A stretch of DNA of 64,000 nt from Deltaproteobacteria bacterium (GTDB lineage: Bacteria > Desulfobacterota > Binatia > UTPRO1), in contig JADYZW010000016.1 in assembly GCA_020852955.1 (NCBI GenBank), forward strand, positions 130,801-194,800, given 5' to 3'. The translations under genes and the position numbers were made by a program. This document shows positions 1 through 7,637 of this stretch, in pieces. Position 1 is the first letter of the stretch; the number at the start of each line of letters is the position of its first letter. The notes under the pieces were generated by a model. That model was given only the letters and a program-made list of their open reading frames with translations. It did no database searches and was not told where the DNA came from.

Positions 1-10
1 CCTCCATTTC

Positions 11-36
11 ACTCGTTCCTAATCTACTCGTTCCTA
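11..36. repeat. Perfect 11-bp direct repeat ACTCGTTCCTA x2 with a 15-bp period, at the extreme left edge of the window
   Basis: Read directly: ACTCGTTCCTA at 11-21 and 26-36, separated by ATCT. It lies in a locally AT-richer stretch of about 140 nt. The array could continue left of the window. Confidence 0.8.
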
Positions 37-140
37 CAGCCACAAAACCCTACGATCCGTTTGACGCTCTGCGACGCGAGCACATGATGACGAAACTATA
101 CGCCAAGGACAAGGGGGTGGTAGGTCCTTTTGATTCTAAA

Positions 141-513
141 CGGTTATCGAAACCGGGCCCCGTTTTCCCGGGTTCCTCTAGCTAGGCCGCTTCCCGGCGC
201 CCGGTCACGCCGGCCGCCCCGGTCGACTCGATCCCGGGGCGCGCCCCGAGCCACCCCTCGTGTCACCCGACGACCCCCCCACGGAGGCGGCTCCATGGCG
301 GCCCATGACCGCCCCGCCCGGCTGCATGATGGCGGAGGCTGGCAACCGCACCGGTATCGAAACCGGCATCGCCTACGCGCCCCGCTTCACGTCACGGCAA
401 ATACCGACATTTCCAATAACATCTCCACCCGAAATAACGTTAGCGGCAAACACGGAAGATATATGATCCATCGTTATCGGGTTGCCTCTCACCGCTCCCA
501 TTGGTATCGATGG
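141..513. repeat. Three dispersed copies of a GGT(T)ATCGA quasi-palindromic box
   Basis: Read directly: CGGTTATCGAAACCG (141-155), CCGGTATCGAAACCGG (351-366) and TTGGTATCGATGG (501-513). A weaker copy, TCGTTATCGGGTTG, is at 471-484. All lie upstream of or at the start of the 557-994 gene. Confidence 0.6.
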
Positions 514-556
514 CCCGGCATTCGTGGATCATCATATTGCCAATGGGGGTCAGATT

Positions 557-994
557 ATGGCGACGAAAAAGCGAGCCGTTCGTTCCCGAGGGAAGGCGAC
601 GGGAACACTGTCCGTCCTGAGACGACGCGCCGAGGCGATGATGGGTCGCATACGCCGGACCGGCATGCAGCAGGTGCGGGCCATCGAGCGTCAGATCGAT
701 CGCCTGAACCAGCAGCGCCAGGCGCTCCTCGCGGAGATCGGCGAGGCCGTCGGCATTGGCGCCGCCCGCCAGGGCGGCGGCCGGCGCACCACGGCCGGCG
801 CCCGGAAGCGCGTCGATTGGGACGCAATCTTCGCGAAGCTGCCCAAAACATCGTTCAAAGCCAGCGACGTGCGCGCGCTCGTCCCCGGGGTCGCGGCGGG
901 CACCCTGTCGCAGCGGCTCACCGGTTGGGTCAACGAGAAGAAGCTGAAGCGGACGGGGAGCCGGCGCGGGACCCGATACGTACGCGCCTCCTGA
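557..994 (+). CDS. Hypothetical basic protein: Lys/Arg-rich N-terminus, coiled-coil segment and a winged-helix-like C-terminus
   Basis: This is the ATG-initiated part of track ORF 482-994. The track start at 482 is a TTG. GGGGGT lies about 8 nt upstream of the ATG at 557. The C-terminal segment FKASDVRALVPGVAAGTLSQRLTGWVNEKKLKRTG..RGTRY resembles a wHTH. No family was recognised. Confidence 0.5.
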   Translation: MATKKRAVRSRGKATGTLSVLRRRAEAMMGRIRRTGMQQVRAIERQIDRLNQQRQALLAEIGEAVGIGAARQGGGRRTTAGARKRVDWDAIFAKLPKTSFKASDVRALVPGVAAGTLSQRLTGWVNEKKLKRTGSRRGTRYVRAS

Positions 995-1144
995 ACGGGC
1001 AGCGTGTGGGAGGGCGGCGCCGGACGCGCTCCGGTCCCGCCCTCCCGCCCCGTTTTCCAGCACGCCATTTCCGAACCGGCACGCCGCTCCACGGCTCCGA
1101 AGCGGCCGCGTCGCCTATAGCATCATCCGATCGAGCCTCCAGAG

Positions 1145-1173
1145 TTGACAGCCAATTTTCACCCCTCTAAGGT
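1145..1173 (+). promoter_or_regulatory. Candidate sigma70-type promoter TTGACA-N17-TAAGGT for the 1218 gene
   Basis: TTGACA at 1145-1150, a 17-nt spacer, and TAAGGT at 1168-1173, about 45 nt upstream of the ATG at 1218. Confidence 0.35.
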
Positions 1174-1217
1174 TTGCCGGTCCACGCTTCCGGTTCGACA
1201 CCTTCGAGGCTCCGATC

Positions 1218-1685
1218 ATGCGAATGATTCTTCCGAGCGTGCGCGCGCGACGTGACGTCGACCGCGCATTACGAAACTTCTTTGCGACATATCGCACTGT
1301 GGAGTTCCGACGTTTCGTCGCGACCATTTGTCGCTTTTACGGTGTCCGGCAGCCGACGATCGAGTGGTACGAATACCTGGACTGGGGCAAGGGCGCGGGC
1401 CGGACCTGGGACGACGGCAAGATCGGGCTCGTACACCCCGAGAACTGGAAGCGCGGGCGGAAGTACAACACCATGCGCCAGTGGATCCACACCGTCCACC
1501 ACGAGTTCGGGCACTACCTCTTCTGGGCCGACGCCGAGCGCAAGGCCGATCTTTTCGCCGACAACATGATGTCGGGCGTGAACGACGCGGCGCAGAAGAC
1601 GCGAGCGCGGCAGCGGCCCGTGACGCGGGTGCGCATGGTCGGTCAGCAGCGCAGCGTCGCGCGACGCCGCTCCGCGGTCGGCTGA
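1218..1685 (+). CDS. SprT-like / HExxH zinc-metalloprotease-domain protein
   Basis: Contains the HExxH motif (VHHEFGHYLFW), preceded by a ...GAGRTWDDGKIGLVHP... segment arranged as in SprT-like domains. The ORF is 155 aa. Confidence 0.55.
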   Translation: MRMILPSVRARRDVDRALRNFFATYRTVEFRRFVATICRFYGVRQPTIEWYEYLDWGKGAGRTWDDGKIGLVHPENWKRGRKYNTMRQWIHTVHHEFGHYLFWADAERKADLFADNMMSGVNDAAQKTRARQRPVTRVRMVGQQRSVARRRSAVG

Positions 1686-1688
1686 GCG

Positions 1689-2489
1689 TCAGGTCGCCAC
1701 GTCTTCGCCGCCGTCGACGCCGATCACCGTCCCGGTGATCCACTGCGCGTCGTCGCCGGCGAGCATGGTGATCACCCGCGCCACGTCGGCCGTTTCGGTC
1801 ATCCGGCCGCTCGGATTACGCGTCCGGACGTGCTCGGCCATGAGGTCCGCGCCCGGGATCTTCCGGAAGGCCGGCGTATCGGTAACGCCGGCGCGAATGG
1901 CGTTCACCGTAACTCCCATCGGCCCGAGTTCGACGGCGAGCTGGCGCACGTGCGCTTCGAGCGCAGCCTTCGCCGCCGACACGGCGCCGTAGCCCGGCCA
2001 AACGCGCGTCGATCCGGCACTCGTCATCGCGACGATGCGGCTGCCCCGCACTAGCAGATCGCGCGCAACCGCGTCCTGCACCCAGTACACGAGGCTGTGC
2101 GCCATCACGTTCAACGTCATCTCGATCTGCGCGGGCGTCGCGAGCCGGGCTGGTTCGGCGCCGACGAACGGCGTGAGACTCCCGAACGCGAGCGAATGCA
2201 GCAGCACGCGGATCGCACCACCGCCGCTCTCCGCCATGCGTTGCACGAGCGCGTCGAGGACTTGCCGCCGCTTCTCGTGATCGGCGGCGTTGACGTTCAG
2301 AAACAGCGCGTCTCGCCCCGCCCCGCGAATCGCGGCGGTGATCTCGTCGACATGGGCCATCCCGGCGCGACGGTCGAGGTGCACGCCACATACGTTCATG
2401 CCGCGCTCCGCCAGCGCGCGCGCGGTCGCCTCGCCGAAGCCGCTCGACGCGCCGAGGACGAGCGCCCACCGTCCCGCCGTATCCGCCAT
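1689..2489 (-). CDS. Short-chain dehydrogenase/reductase, FabL-like enoyl-ACP reductase type
   Basis: Has the N-terminal Rossmann motif LVLGASSGFG and the catalytic motif YGAVSAAKAALEAHVRQLAVELGP..VNAIRAG. I chose the start at MADTAG (ATG at 2489-2487) because the Gly motif then sits about 12 aa from the N-terminus. The track ORF extends to 3062, but that extension is Arg/Ser-rich and not protein-like. Confidence 0.75.
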   Translation of the reverse strand: MADTAGRWALVLGASSGFGEATARALAERGMNVCGVHLDRRAGMAHVDEITAAIRGAGRDALFLNVNAADHEKRRQVLDALVQRMAESGGGAIRVLLHSLAFGSLTPFVGAEPARLATPAQIEMTLNVMAHSLVYWVQDAVARDLLVRGSRIVAMTSAGSTRVWPGYGAVSAAKAALEAHVRQLAVELGPMGVTVNAIRAGVTDTPAFRKIPGADLMAEHVRTRNPSGRMTETADVARVITMLAGDDAQWITGTVIGVDGGEDVAT

Positions 2490-3055
2490 GGGAGGCGGAC
2501 CATAGAGGAAGGCCTCCGCCTCGGCAACCGGCCGAATTTCTTGCGTTTCCTCCCACGGGGCTGCTGGGGACCCGGCGAACATGGCGGGTGCGCGAAAGGG
2601 CGGGGCGACGATCGCGAATCGCCTGGATCGACGCCGAGGCGCGCGGGGCCGGGGTGCGAAGAGGGCGCGGCTCGCGATCGGCGGCCGCTCCCTCCCCATC
2701 GGCGACCACGTCGATCGGGCCCGCGCCCCGCAGTGCCCCGACGCCGTCGACGCACGCCCGCTGACCGAGGCCCGTCTCCCGGCGGACGAGCGGCCCGAGC
2801 CGGAGCCCGCCCGTTCCGGCGGAGCAGGTCTGGGGCGTCGGACACCGGCTCCTCTTCCCCCCGGCGCGTGGGGCGTGCTAGTGGACTCCCGCCGTTCGGA
2901 CCGCTTCGTCCTCGCGGGTGATCCCGTCGGCGAGCGAGTACTCGAATTCACGCTTGGCGAGGCGCCATCGTTCGACCGTCGGATCCGGGTCGGGGGCGCG
3001 AAGACCTTTGTCGCGACCTCGACGAGCATGAGCGCGTAAGGAGGGAGTTCACGAC

Positions 3056-3337
3056 ATGACACAGGCAGGCCACGAAGCGGAAGAAGTCAAGGACGTCGTT
3101 TGGACGTATGCGGGCTGGACCGTCATCATCCTCATCTGCATCGGGGCCGGCATCTTCATCGGCTACACGCTGTGGGGGAACGCGAGCTCGCTGCAACGGG
3201 ATCTCTCCGCGGTGACCGAGCAGGTCAATACGTTAAAGAACGAACGCGAGACCTTGAAGAGCCAGCTCGCGCTCTGCACCCGTGACAAGGACGCCTGCCA
3301 GAAGCAGGCCGCGGCGGGGGGCGGCGCGGGCCGCTGA
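3056..3337 (+). CDS. Small membrane protein with one TM helix and a coiled-coil tail (hypothetical)
   Basis: A strong SD (GGAGGGA) lies about 9 nt upstream of the ATG. The TM segment is WTVIILICIGAGIFIGYTLW. It is followed by a heptad-like LQRDLSAVTEQVNTLKNERETLKSQL. Confidence 0.55.
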   Translation: MTQAGHEAEEVKDVVWTYAGWTVIILICIGAGIFIGYTLWGNASSLQRDLSAVTEQVNTLKNERETLKSQLALCTRDKDACQKQAAAGGGAGR

Positions 3338-3345
3338 GCGCGCCT

Positions 3346-3381
3346 GAGAGCAGATCGTCGCTGACGCGACGGTTTGCTCTC
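3346..3381. terminator. GC-rich compound hairpin between convergent genes (possible bidirectional terminator, no U-tract)
   Basis: GAGAGCA-GAT-CGTCGC-TGAC-GCGACG-GTT-TGCTCTC, read directly. It lies between the stop of 3056-3337 (+) and the stop of 3407-3757 (-). Confidence 0.35.
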
Positions 3382-3406
3382 TCCATCGCCGGGCGTCCCG
3401 AGCCGC

Positions 3407-3757
3407 CTACTTCTTCTCCTGCTCCTTCTGCTCGGCCAGCTGGCGTTTCCAGTCGAGGACGCGCGCCTTCGCTCCTTCGGCCTCGGCCTCGGCGATCATG
3501 CCCTTGCGCTGGTAGAACATCGACAGGCTCGTATGGGCGAGCGTGTCGTCCGGCGTCAGGTCCACGAGCCGTTTGCCCTGTTCGATCGCCTCGTCGAAGC
3601 GCTGGGCGTCGGCGTACGCCATCGCGAGCCCCAGAATGGCGTCGGTGAAGTCGGGGGCGACCGCGAGGGCCTCGCGATACGTGGCAATCGCCTCGTCCAG
3701 CCGGCCTTCGGCCACGTGATCGACGGCGAGATCGTAGAGCTCTTCGGCGCTCGGCAT
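3407..3757 (-). CDS. Tetratricopeptide (TPR) repeat protein
   Basis: TPR-like repeats are visible (GRLDEAIATYREALAVAPDFTDAILGLAMAYADAQRFDEAIEQGKRLVDLTPDD...). The start is taken at MPSAEE (ATG at 3757-3755). Confidence 0.7.
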   Translation of the reverse strand: MPSAEELYDLAVDHVAEGRLDEAIATYREALAVAPDFTDAILGLAMAYADAQRFDEAIEQGKRLVDLTPDDTLAHTSLSMFYQRKGMIAEAEAEGAKARVLDWKRQLAEQKEQEKK

Positions 3758-3768
3758 GGCTTCCGAAC

Positions 3769-4095
3769 TTAACGAATCGACCTCGGAGCGACAAGCGGCG
3801 CCGCGTTGACAGGTCGTGGACCGGACCCTATTGCTGGGCCCTGCGCGTCGACGGCTTCGATCGCGGCCACGAACGTCCTGGGAACTCCGACCGCGCCGCG
3901 TTGGCGCGTGAACCACACCTGCGATCCCGCGAACCAATGCTCGCGAACGACGATCTCACGGCCGTTGACGAAGCGGACCCGCACGTCGGCGGCCGCCGGA
4001 GACGCTGAGCCGAACGTGAACCAGGCGACGATCGAAACCACGTCCACCGCCGATCCGACCAGCGATGCGCTGCGCGCGCGTGTAGGGGACTTCAT
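3769..4095 (-). CDS. Small secreted hypothetical protein
   Basis: The N-terminus is signal-peptide-like (MKSPTRARSASLVGSAVDVVSIVAWFTFGSASPAAA). It is followed by a beta-strand-like segment, VRVRFVNGREIVVREHWFAGSQVWF. The ORF overlaps the uncertain 5' end of the divergent luxE-like gene, so one of the two boundaries is wrong or the genes truly overlap. Confidence 0.4.
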   Translation of the reverse strand: MKSPTRARSASLVGSAVDVVSIVAWFTFGSASPAAADVRVRFVNGREIVVREHWFAGSQVWFTRQRGAVGVPRTFVAAIEAVDAQGPAIGSGPRPVNAAPLVAPRSIR

Positions 4096-5089
4096 CGCGG
4101 AGACCTCCCGCGACGATTTTGACGGCCTCGCGCTCGACGTGCATCGCTACCAGTATCGGACGAATCCCGCGTACCGGCGCTTCGCGGAACGCTGCGGCGG
4201 TGCCGCGCCCCGCACCTGGCGCGAGATTCCCGCCGTCCCGGCCGAGGCGTTCCGCATGAGCGTGCTCGCCTGCGGTCCGGCCGAGCGCGTCTATCGCAGC
4301 AGCGGCACGACCGCCGGCCCCGACCGGCGCGCCGCGCACCACGTGCCGGACGCGGACGTCTATCGTGTCTCGGCGCTCGCGGGGTTCGCGCGTGCGGTCC
4401 TGCCGCCCGGCGCGCGCCGCCGCTTCGTCGTCGCCGCGCCGGAGCGCGCGACCCATCCCGCATCGTCTCTCGGCGAGATGGTGACCTGGCTGCGCGCCGC
4501 GTACGACACCGACCGCGTCCCGTCGTGCCTCACCGCCGACGGCGTCGACGTCGAGCGGCTCGCGCGCACGCTCGATCGGGTCGGCGCCGGCGAACCGATC
4601 GTGCTGATCGCGGTCACGTCGGCGTTGCTGCGGCTCGCGGACTGGGCCGAGGCGCGACGTCAACGCTTCACCCTCCCGGCGGGGAGCCTCGTCGTCGACA
4701 CCGGCGGGTGCAAGGGGTACGGGCGGGACCTCGCGCGCACCGACGTGCTCGCGCGCTACCGGCGCGTCCTCGACGTCGCGACCGAGCAGATCGTGAACGA
4801 ATACGGGATGACGGAGCTCGCCTCGCAGCTCTACGCGACGGGGGATGGTCCGCTCCGAGCCCCTCCGTGGCTGCGAGTTCTCGTCTGCGATCTGGCCACC
4901 GGGCATGAGGTCGCGCCGGGCGTCGTCGGGTGCCTCCGGTTCTTCGACCTCGCGAACCTCGGCTCGGTCCTGGCGATCCAGACCGAGGACGTCGGACGCA
5001 CACGCGACGGCGGGATCGAGTTGCTCGGACGCGCGCCCGGAGCCGTCGCGCGAGGGTGCTCGCTCCTCGCCGACGAGGGAGCCGCGTGA
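4016..5089 (+). CDS. Acyl-protein synthetase, LuxE family (adenylate-forming)
   Basis: Recognisable LuxE-like features: FDGLALDVHRYQYRTNPAYRRF, YRSSGTTAGPDRR, VVDTGGCKGYGR and NEYGMTELASQLY. The stop overlaps the next gene's GTG in a GTGA at 5086-5089. The start is uncertain. GTG 4016 is the nearest canonical in-frame start, and there is no ATG between 3806 and the conserved region. Confidence 0.65.
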   Translation: MNQATIETTSTADPTSDALRARVGDFIAETSRDDFDGLALDVHRYQYRTNPAYRRFAERCGGAAPRTWREIPAVPAEAFRMSVLACGPAERVYRSSGTTAGPDRRAAHHVPDADVYRVSALAGFARAVLPPGARRRFVVAAPERATHPASSLGEMVTWLRAAYDTDRVPSCLTADGVDVERLARTLDRVGAGEPIVLIAVTSALLRLADWAEARRQRFTLPAGSLVVDTGGCKGYGRDLARTDVLARYRRVLDVATEQIVNEYGMTELASQLYATGDGPLRAPPWLRVLVCDLATGHEVAPGVVGCLRFFDLANLGSVLAIQTEDVGRTRDGGIELLGRAPGAVARGCSLLADEGAA

Positions 5090-6381
5090 TCGGGCCCGAC
5101 GAGCGTCTGACGCCGACACGAACGCCGCTCGTCCCGACGCGCGTGCGTGCGCTGGCGCAAACGCTGCGCGCCGGCGCGACGGGACTCCGGGCGCTTCCCG
5201 TGGAGGCGCGCATCGCCGCGATCGATCGTCTCGCGGACGCGTGGCGCCCCGCCGACTCGCCGTGGCGCGTCCGCGCCCGCACCGAGCTCGCCATGTCGAC
5301 GGGACACCCGGCCTCCGTGATCGACGTCGCCCTCGATCATCTCTGGAGCGCGCTCCGCGCTCCCGAGCTCGAGGCCGTCGTCGCGAGCGAGCTCGCCGGC
5401 GCGGATCTCCGCGGGCTTCCGGACGTCGCGCTGCACGTCCTCGCCGGAAACGTCCCGGGCGTGGGCGTGTTCGGCATCGTGGCGGCGCTCCTCGCGGGCG
5501 TCCCGAGCCTCGTGAAGCCCGCCGCCCGCGAGCCGTTCCTGCCGGCGCTCCTCGTCGAGTCGATCGCGGCCCTCGCGCCCGAGCTGCGCACCGCCATCGC
5601 CGTCGCCCCCTGGCGCGGCGGCAGCGCGGCGCTCGATGCGGCCGCGTACGGCGCCGTGGACCTCGTACTCGCCTACGGTCGGGACGAAACGCTCTCCCGC
5701 ATCGCCGCCCGCAAGCCGGCGCGCCTCCTCCGCTACGGCCACCGCACGAGCGCCACCCTCGTCGCCCGGGCCGCGCTCGGTCCGCGCACCGCCCGCGCGC
5801 TCGCGTACCAGACCGCGCTCTACGACCAGCAGGGATGCCTTTCACCGCGCGTCGTCTTCGTGGAGGACGCGGACCGCCGCGATGTCGATGCCTTCTCGGC
5901 CCTGGTCGCGGCCGAGCTCGGCGCGCTCGAGCGCGAGCTGCCTCGCATTCCCCCGTCGCTCGGCGAGCGCGCGAGCGTCTGGCGGTGGCTCGAACGCCAA
6001 CGCTGGCGCGCGCAGGAAGGCGCAGACGTGTCCGTGCACGGGGGCCACGACGGCGCGGGGAGCGTCGTCTGCGACCGGACCTCCGATTGGTCGGCGGGTC
6101 CGAGCTTCCGGCACCTCGTCCTGGCGCCCGTCGCGACGCTCGCCGCGGCGAGCGGACCGCTGCGTCGTCTCGCCGGCACGATCGAGGCGGTCGGCTACGC
6201 CGGACCGATCGAGGGTCTGGCGGAAGCGGCCGCGGCGGCCGCGGCGGCCGGGGCGCATCGCTTCTGTCCGCTGGAGCGCCTCCAGGCGCCGCCGTTCGCT
6301 TGGCGGCAGAGCGGACACCGCCGCCTCGCGAGCTTCCTCGCCGGCGCCCACGCGGCGGCGCCGGCCCTTCCCTTCGCGTGA
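5086..6381 (+). CDS. Acyl-CoA reductase, LuxC family (fatty aldehyde-forming)
   Basis: LuxC-like sequence throughout (HVLAGNVPGVGVFGIVAALLAGVPSLVKPAAREP..., LVLAYGRDETL, YDQQGCLSPRVVFVE). The GTG start sits in a GTGA overlap with the upstream stop. The stop overlaps the GTG of the next gene at 6378-6381. Confidence 0.7.
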   Translation: MIGPDERLTPTRTPLVPTRVRALAQTLRAGATGLRALPVEARIAAIDRLADAWRPADSPWRVRARTELAMSTGHPASVIDVALDHLWSALRAPELEAVVASELAGADLRGLPDVALHVLAGNVPGVGVFGIVAALLAGVPSLVKPAAREPFLPALLVESIAALAPELRTAIAVAPWRGGSAALDAAAYGAVDLVLAYGRDETLSRIAARKPARLLRYGHRTSATLVARAALGPRTARALAYQTALYDQQGCLSPRVVFVEDADRRDVDAFSALVAAELGALERELPRIPPSLGERASVWRWLERQRWRAQEGADVSVHGGHDGAGSVVCDRTSDWSAGPSFRHLVLAPVATLAAASGPLRRLAGTIEAVGYAGPIEGLAEAAAAAAAAGAHRFCPLERLQAPPFAWRQSGHRRLASFLAGAHAAAPALPFA

Positions 6382-7637
6382 CGCACCGCCCCGACCGACG
6401 CCCGGGCGGTGCGGCGCGCGGCGCGCGTGCCCTCGCCCGCGACTTCCGCCTGCACGTCGCGCAGACCTCGACCGCGCCGCTCGGCATCGTCGTCACGAAG
6501 GCGCAGGGCACGTGGCTCACGGATGCGACCGGCCGGCGCTATCTCGACCTGCTCGCGGGCATGGGGGTCGTGAACCTCGGCCATGGCAACCGGGCCGTGA
6601 CTCGTGCGTGCCTGGCGCAGCTCCGCCGGCACCTGCACGTCATGGTGTACGGCGAGTACGTGTTGCCGTCGCAAGTCGACCTCGCGACCCGTCTCGTCGA
6701 GCTCGCCGGTCCGCCGTTCGAGAGCTGCTACTTCACGAGCAGCGGGACGGAAGCCGTCGAGGGCGCGCTCAAGACCGCCCGCAAGCACACGGGACGGCGC
6801 GGCCTCGTGGGCTTCGCGCTCGGATTCCACGGCGATACCTTCGGAGCGCTCTCGGTCGGCGGAAATCCGGTGTACCGGGATCCCTTCCTGCCGCTCCTCC
6901 CGGGCACGACGATCCTGCCGTGGCAGGACGCGCGGGCGCTGCGCGCGATCGACCGCCGCACCGCCGCCGTCGTGATCGAGCCGGTGCAGGCCGAAGGCGG
7001 CGTGCGGGTCGCGGATCCGGCGTATCTCCGACTCCTGCGCGCGCGGTGCGACGAGGTCGGCGCGCTCCTGGTGTTCGACGAGGTCGTGACGGGCATGGGA
7101 CGCACGGGCGCCCTTTTCGCGTTTCAGGAATGCGGGATCCGCCCCGATCTGCTCGTACTCGCGAAGGCGCTCGGCGGCGGCCTGCCGCTCGGCGCGTTCC
7201 TCGCCTCGCGGCGCATCCTCGCGACGCTCGCGAAACGACCCGCCCTCGCTCACGTGACGACCTTCGGCGGCCATCCGCTCTCGTGCGCGGCGGCGCTCGC
7301 GGCGCTGAACCAGACGATCGCCCGCGACCTCCCCGGCCGCGCCGCCGCGAGCGGCCGCGCCTTCCTCCGCGGCCTCCAGGATCTCGCGGCCCGTCATCCC
7401 GTGATCCGAGCCGTCCGCGGTGCCGGTCTCCTGCTCGCCGTCGAACTCGCGACTCCGACCGCGACCCGCCGCTTCGCCGCGGCCTGCCTCGCGCGCGGCC
7501 TCCTCGTCAACTGGACGCTCCATCGCGACACCGTGATCCGGCTCGCGCCGCCGCTCGTGATCACCCGCGCCGAGATCGCTCTCGCGCTCGCCACGATGGA
7601 GGCGGCGCTCGACGACCTGCGGCGACCGGGACATTAG
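6378..7637 (+). CDS. Class-III (ArgD-like) pyridoxal-phosphate aminotransferase
   Basis: Motifs present: SSGTEAVEGALKTARKHTGR, VVIEPVQAEGGV, FDEVVTGMGRTGALFAF and LVLAKALGGGLPLGAF (PLP-binding Lys). The GTG start is in a GTGA overlap with the luxC-like stop. Confidence 0.8.
   Translation: MTHRPDRRPGGAARGARALARDFRLHVAQTSTAPLGIVVTKAQGTWLTDATGRRYLDLLAGMGVVNLGHGNRAVTRACLAQLRRHLHVMVYGEYVLPSQVDLATRLVELAGPPFESCYFTSSGTEAVEGALKTARKHTGRRGLVGFALGFHGDTFGALSVGGNPVYRDPFLPLLPGTTILPWQDARALRAIDRRTAAVVIEPVQAEGGVRVADPAYLRLLRARCDEVGALLVFDEVVTGMGRTGALFAFQECGIRPDLLVLAKALGGGLPLGAFLASRRILATLAKRPALAHVTTFGGHPLSCAAALAALNQTIARDLPGRAAASGRAFLRGLQDLAARHPVIRAVRGAGLLLAVELATPTATRRFAAACLARGLLVNWTLHRDTVIRLAPPLVITRAEIALALATMEAALDDLRRPGH

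Noticed and set aside
85-186. 33-codon ORF (MMTKLYAKDKGVVGPFDSKRLSKPGPVFPGSSS) after a TTGACG at 61-66
   Set aside because: It is too short, has no SD or -10, and has no recognisable similarity. It cannot be supported from sequence alone.
130-1170. 346-aa plus-strand ORF covering the left end of the window
   Set aside because: It is an Arg/Pro-rich, low-complexity reading frame that runs through the better-supported 557-994 gene in another frame. It has no SD and no motifs.
1689-3062. Full 457-aa version of the SDR ORF
   Set aside because: The extra 190 N-terminal residues are Arg/Ser-rich junk. The Rossmann GxxxGxG motif requires the start at 2489.
3956-6520. 854-aa minus-strand ORF, with companion ORFs at 4668-5294, 4831-5742 and others, overlapping the luxE/luxC-like genes
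   Set aside because: The translation is almost pure Arg/Pro/Ala/Gly low-complexity sequence with no motifs. It is antisense to genes with clear family signatures, which is the usual artefact of stop-codon-poor, ~70% GC DNA.
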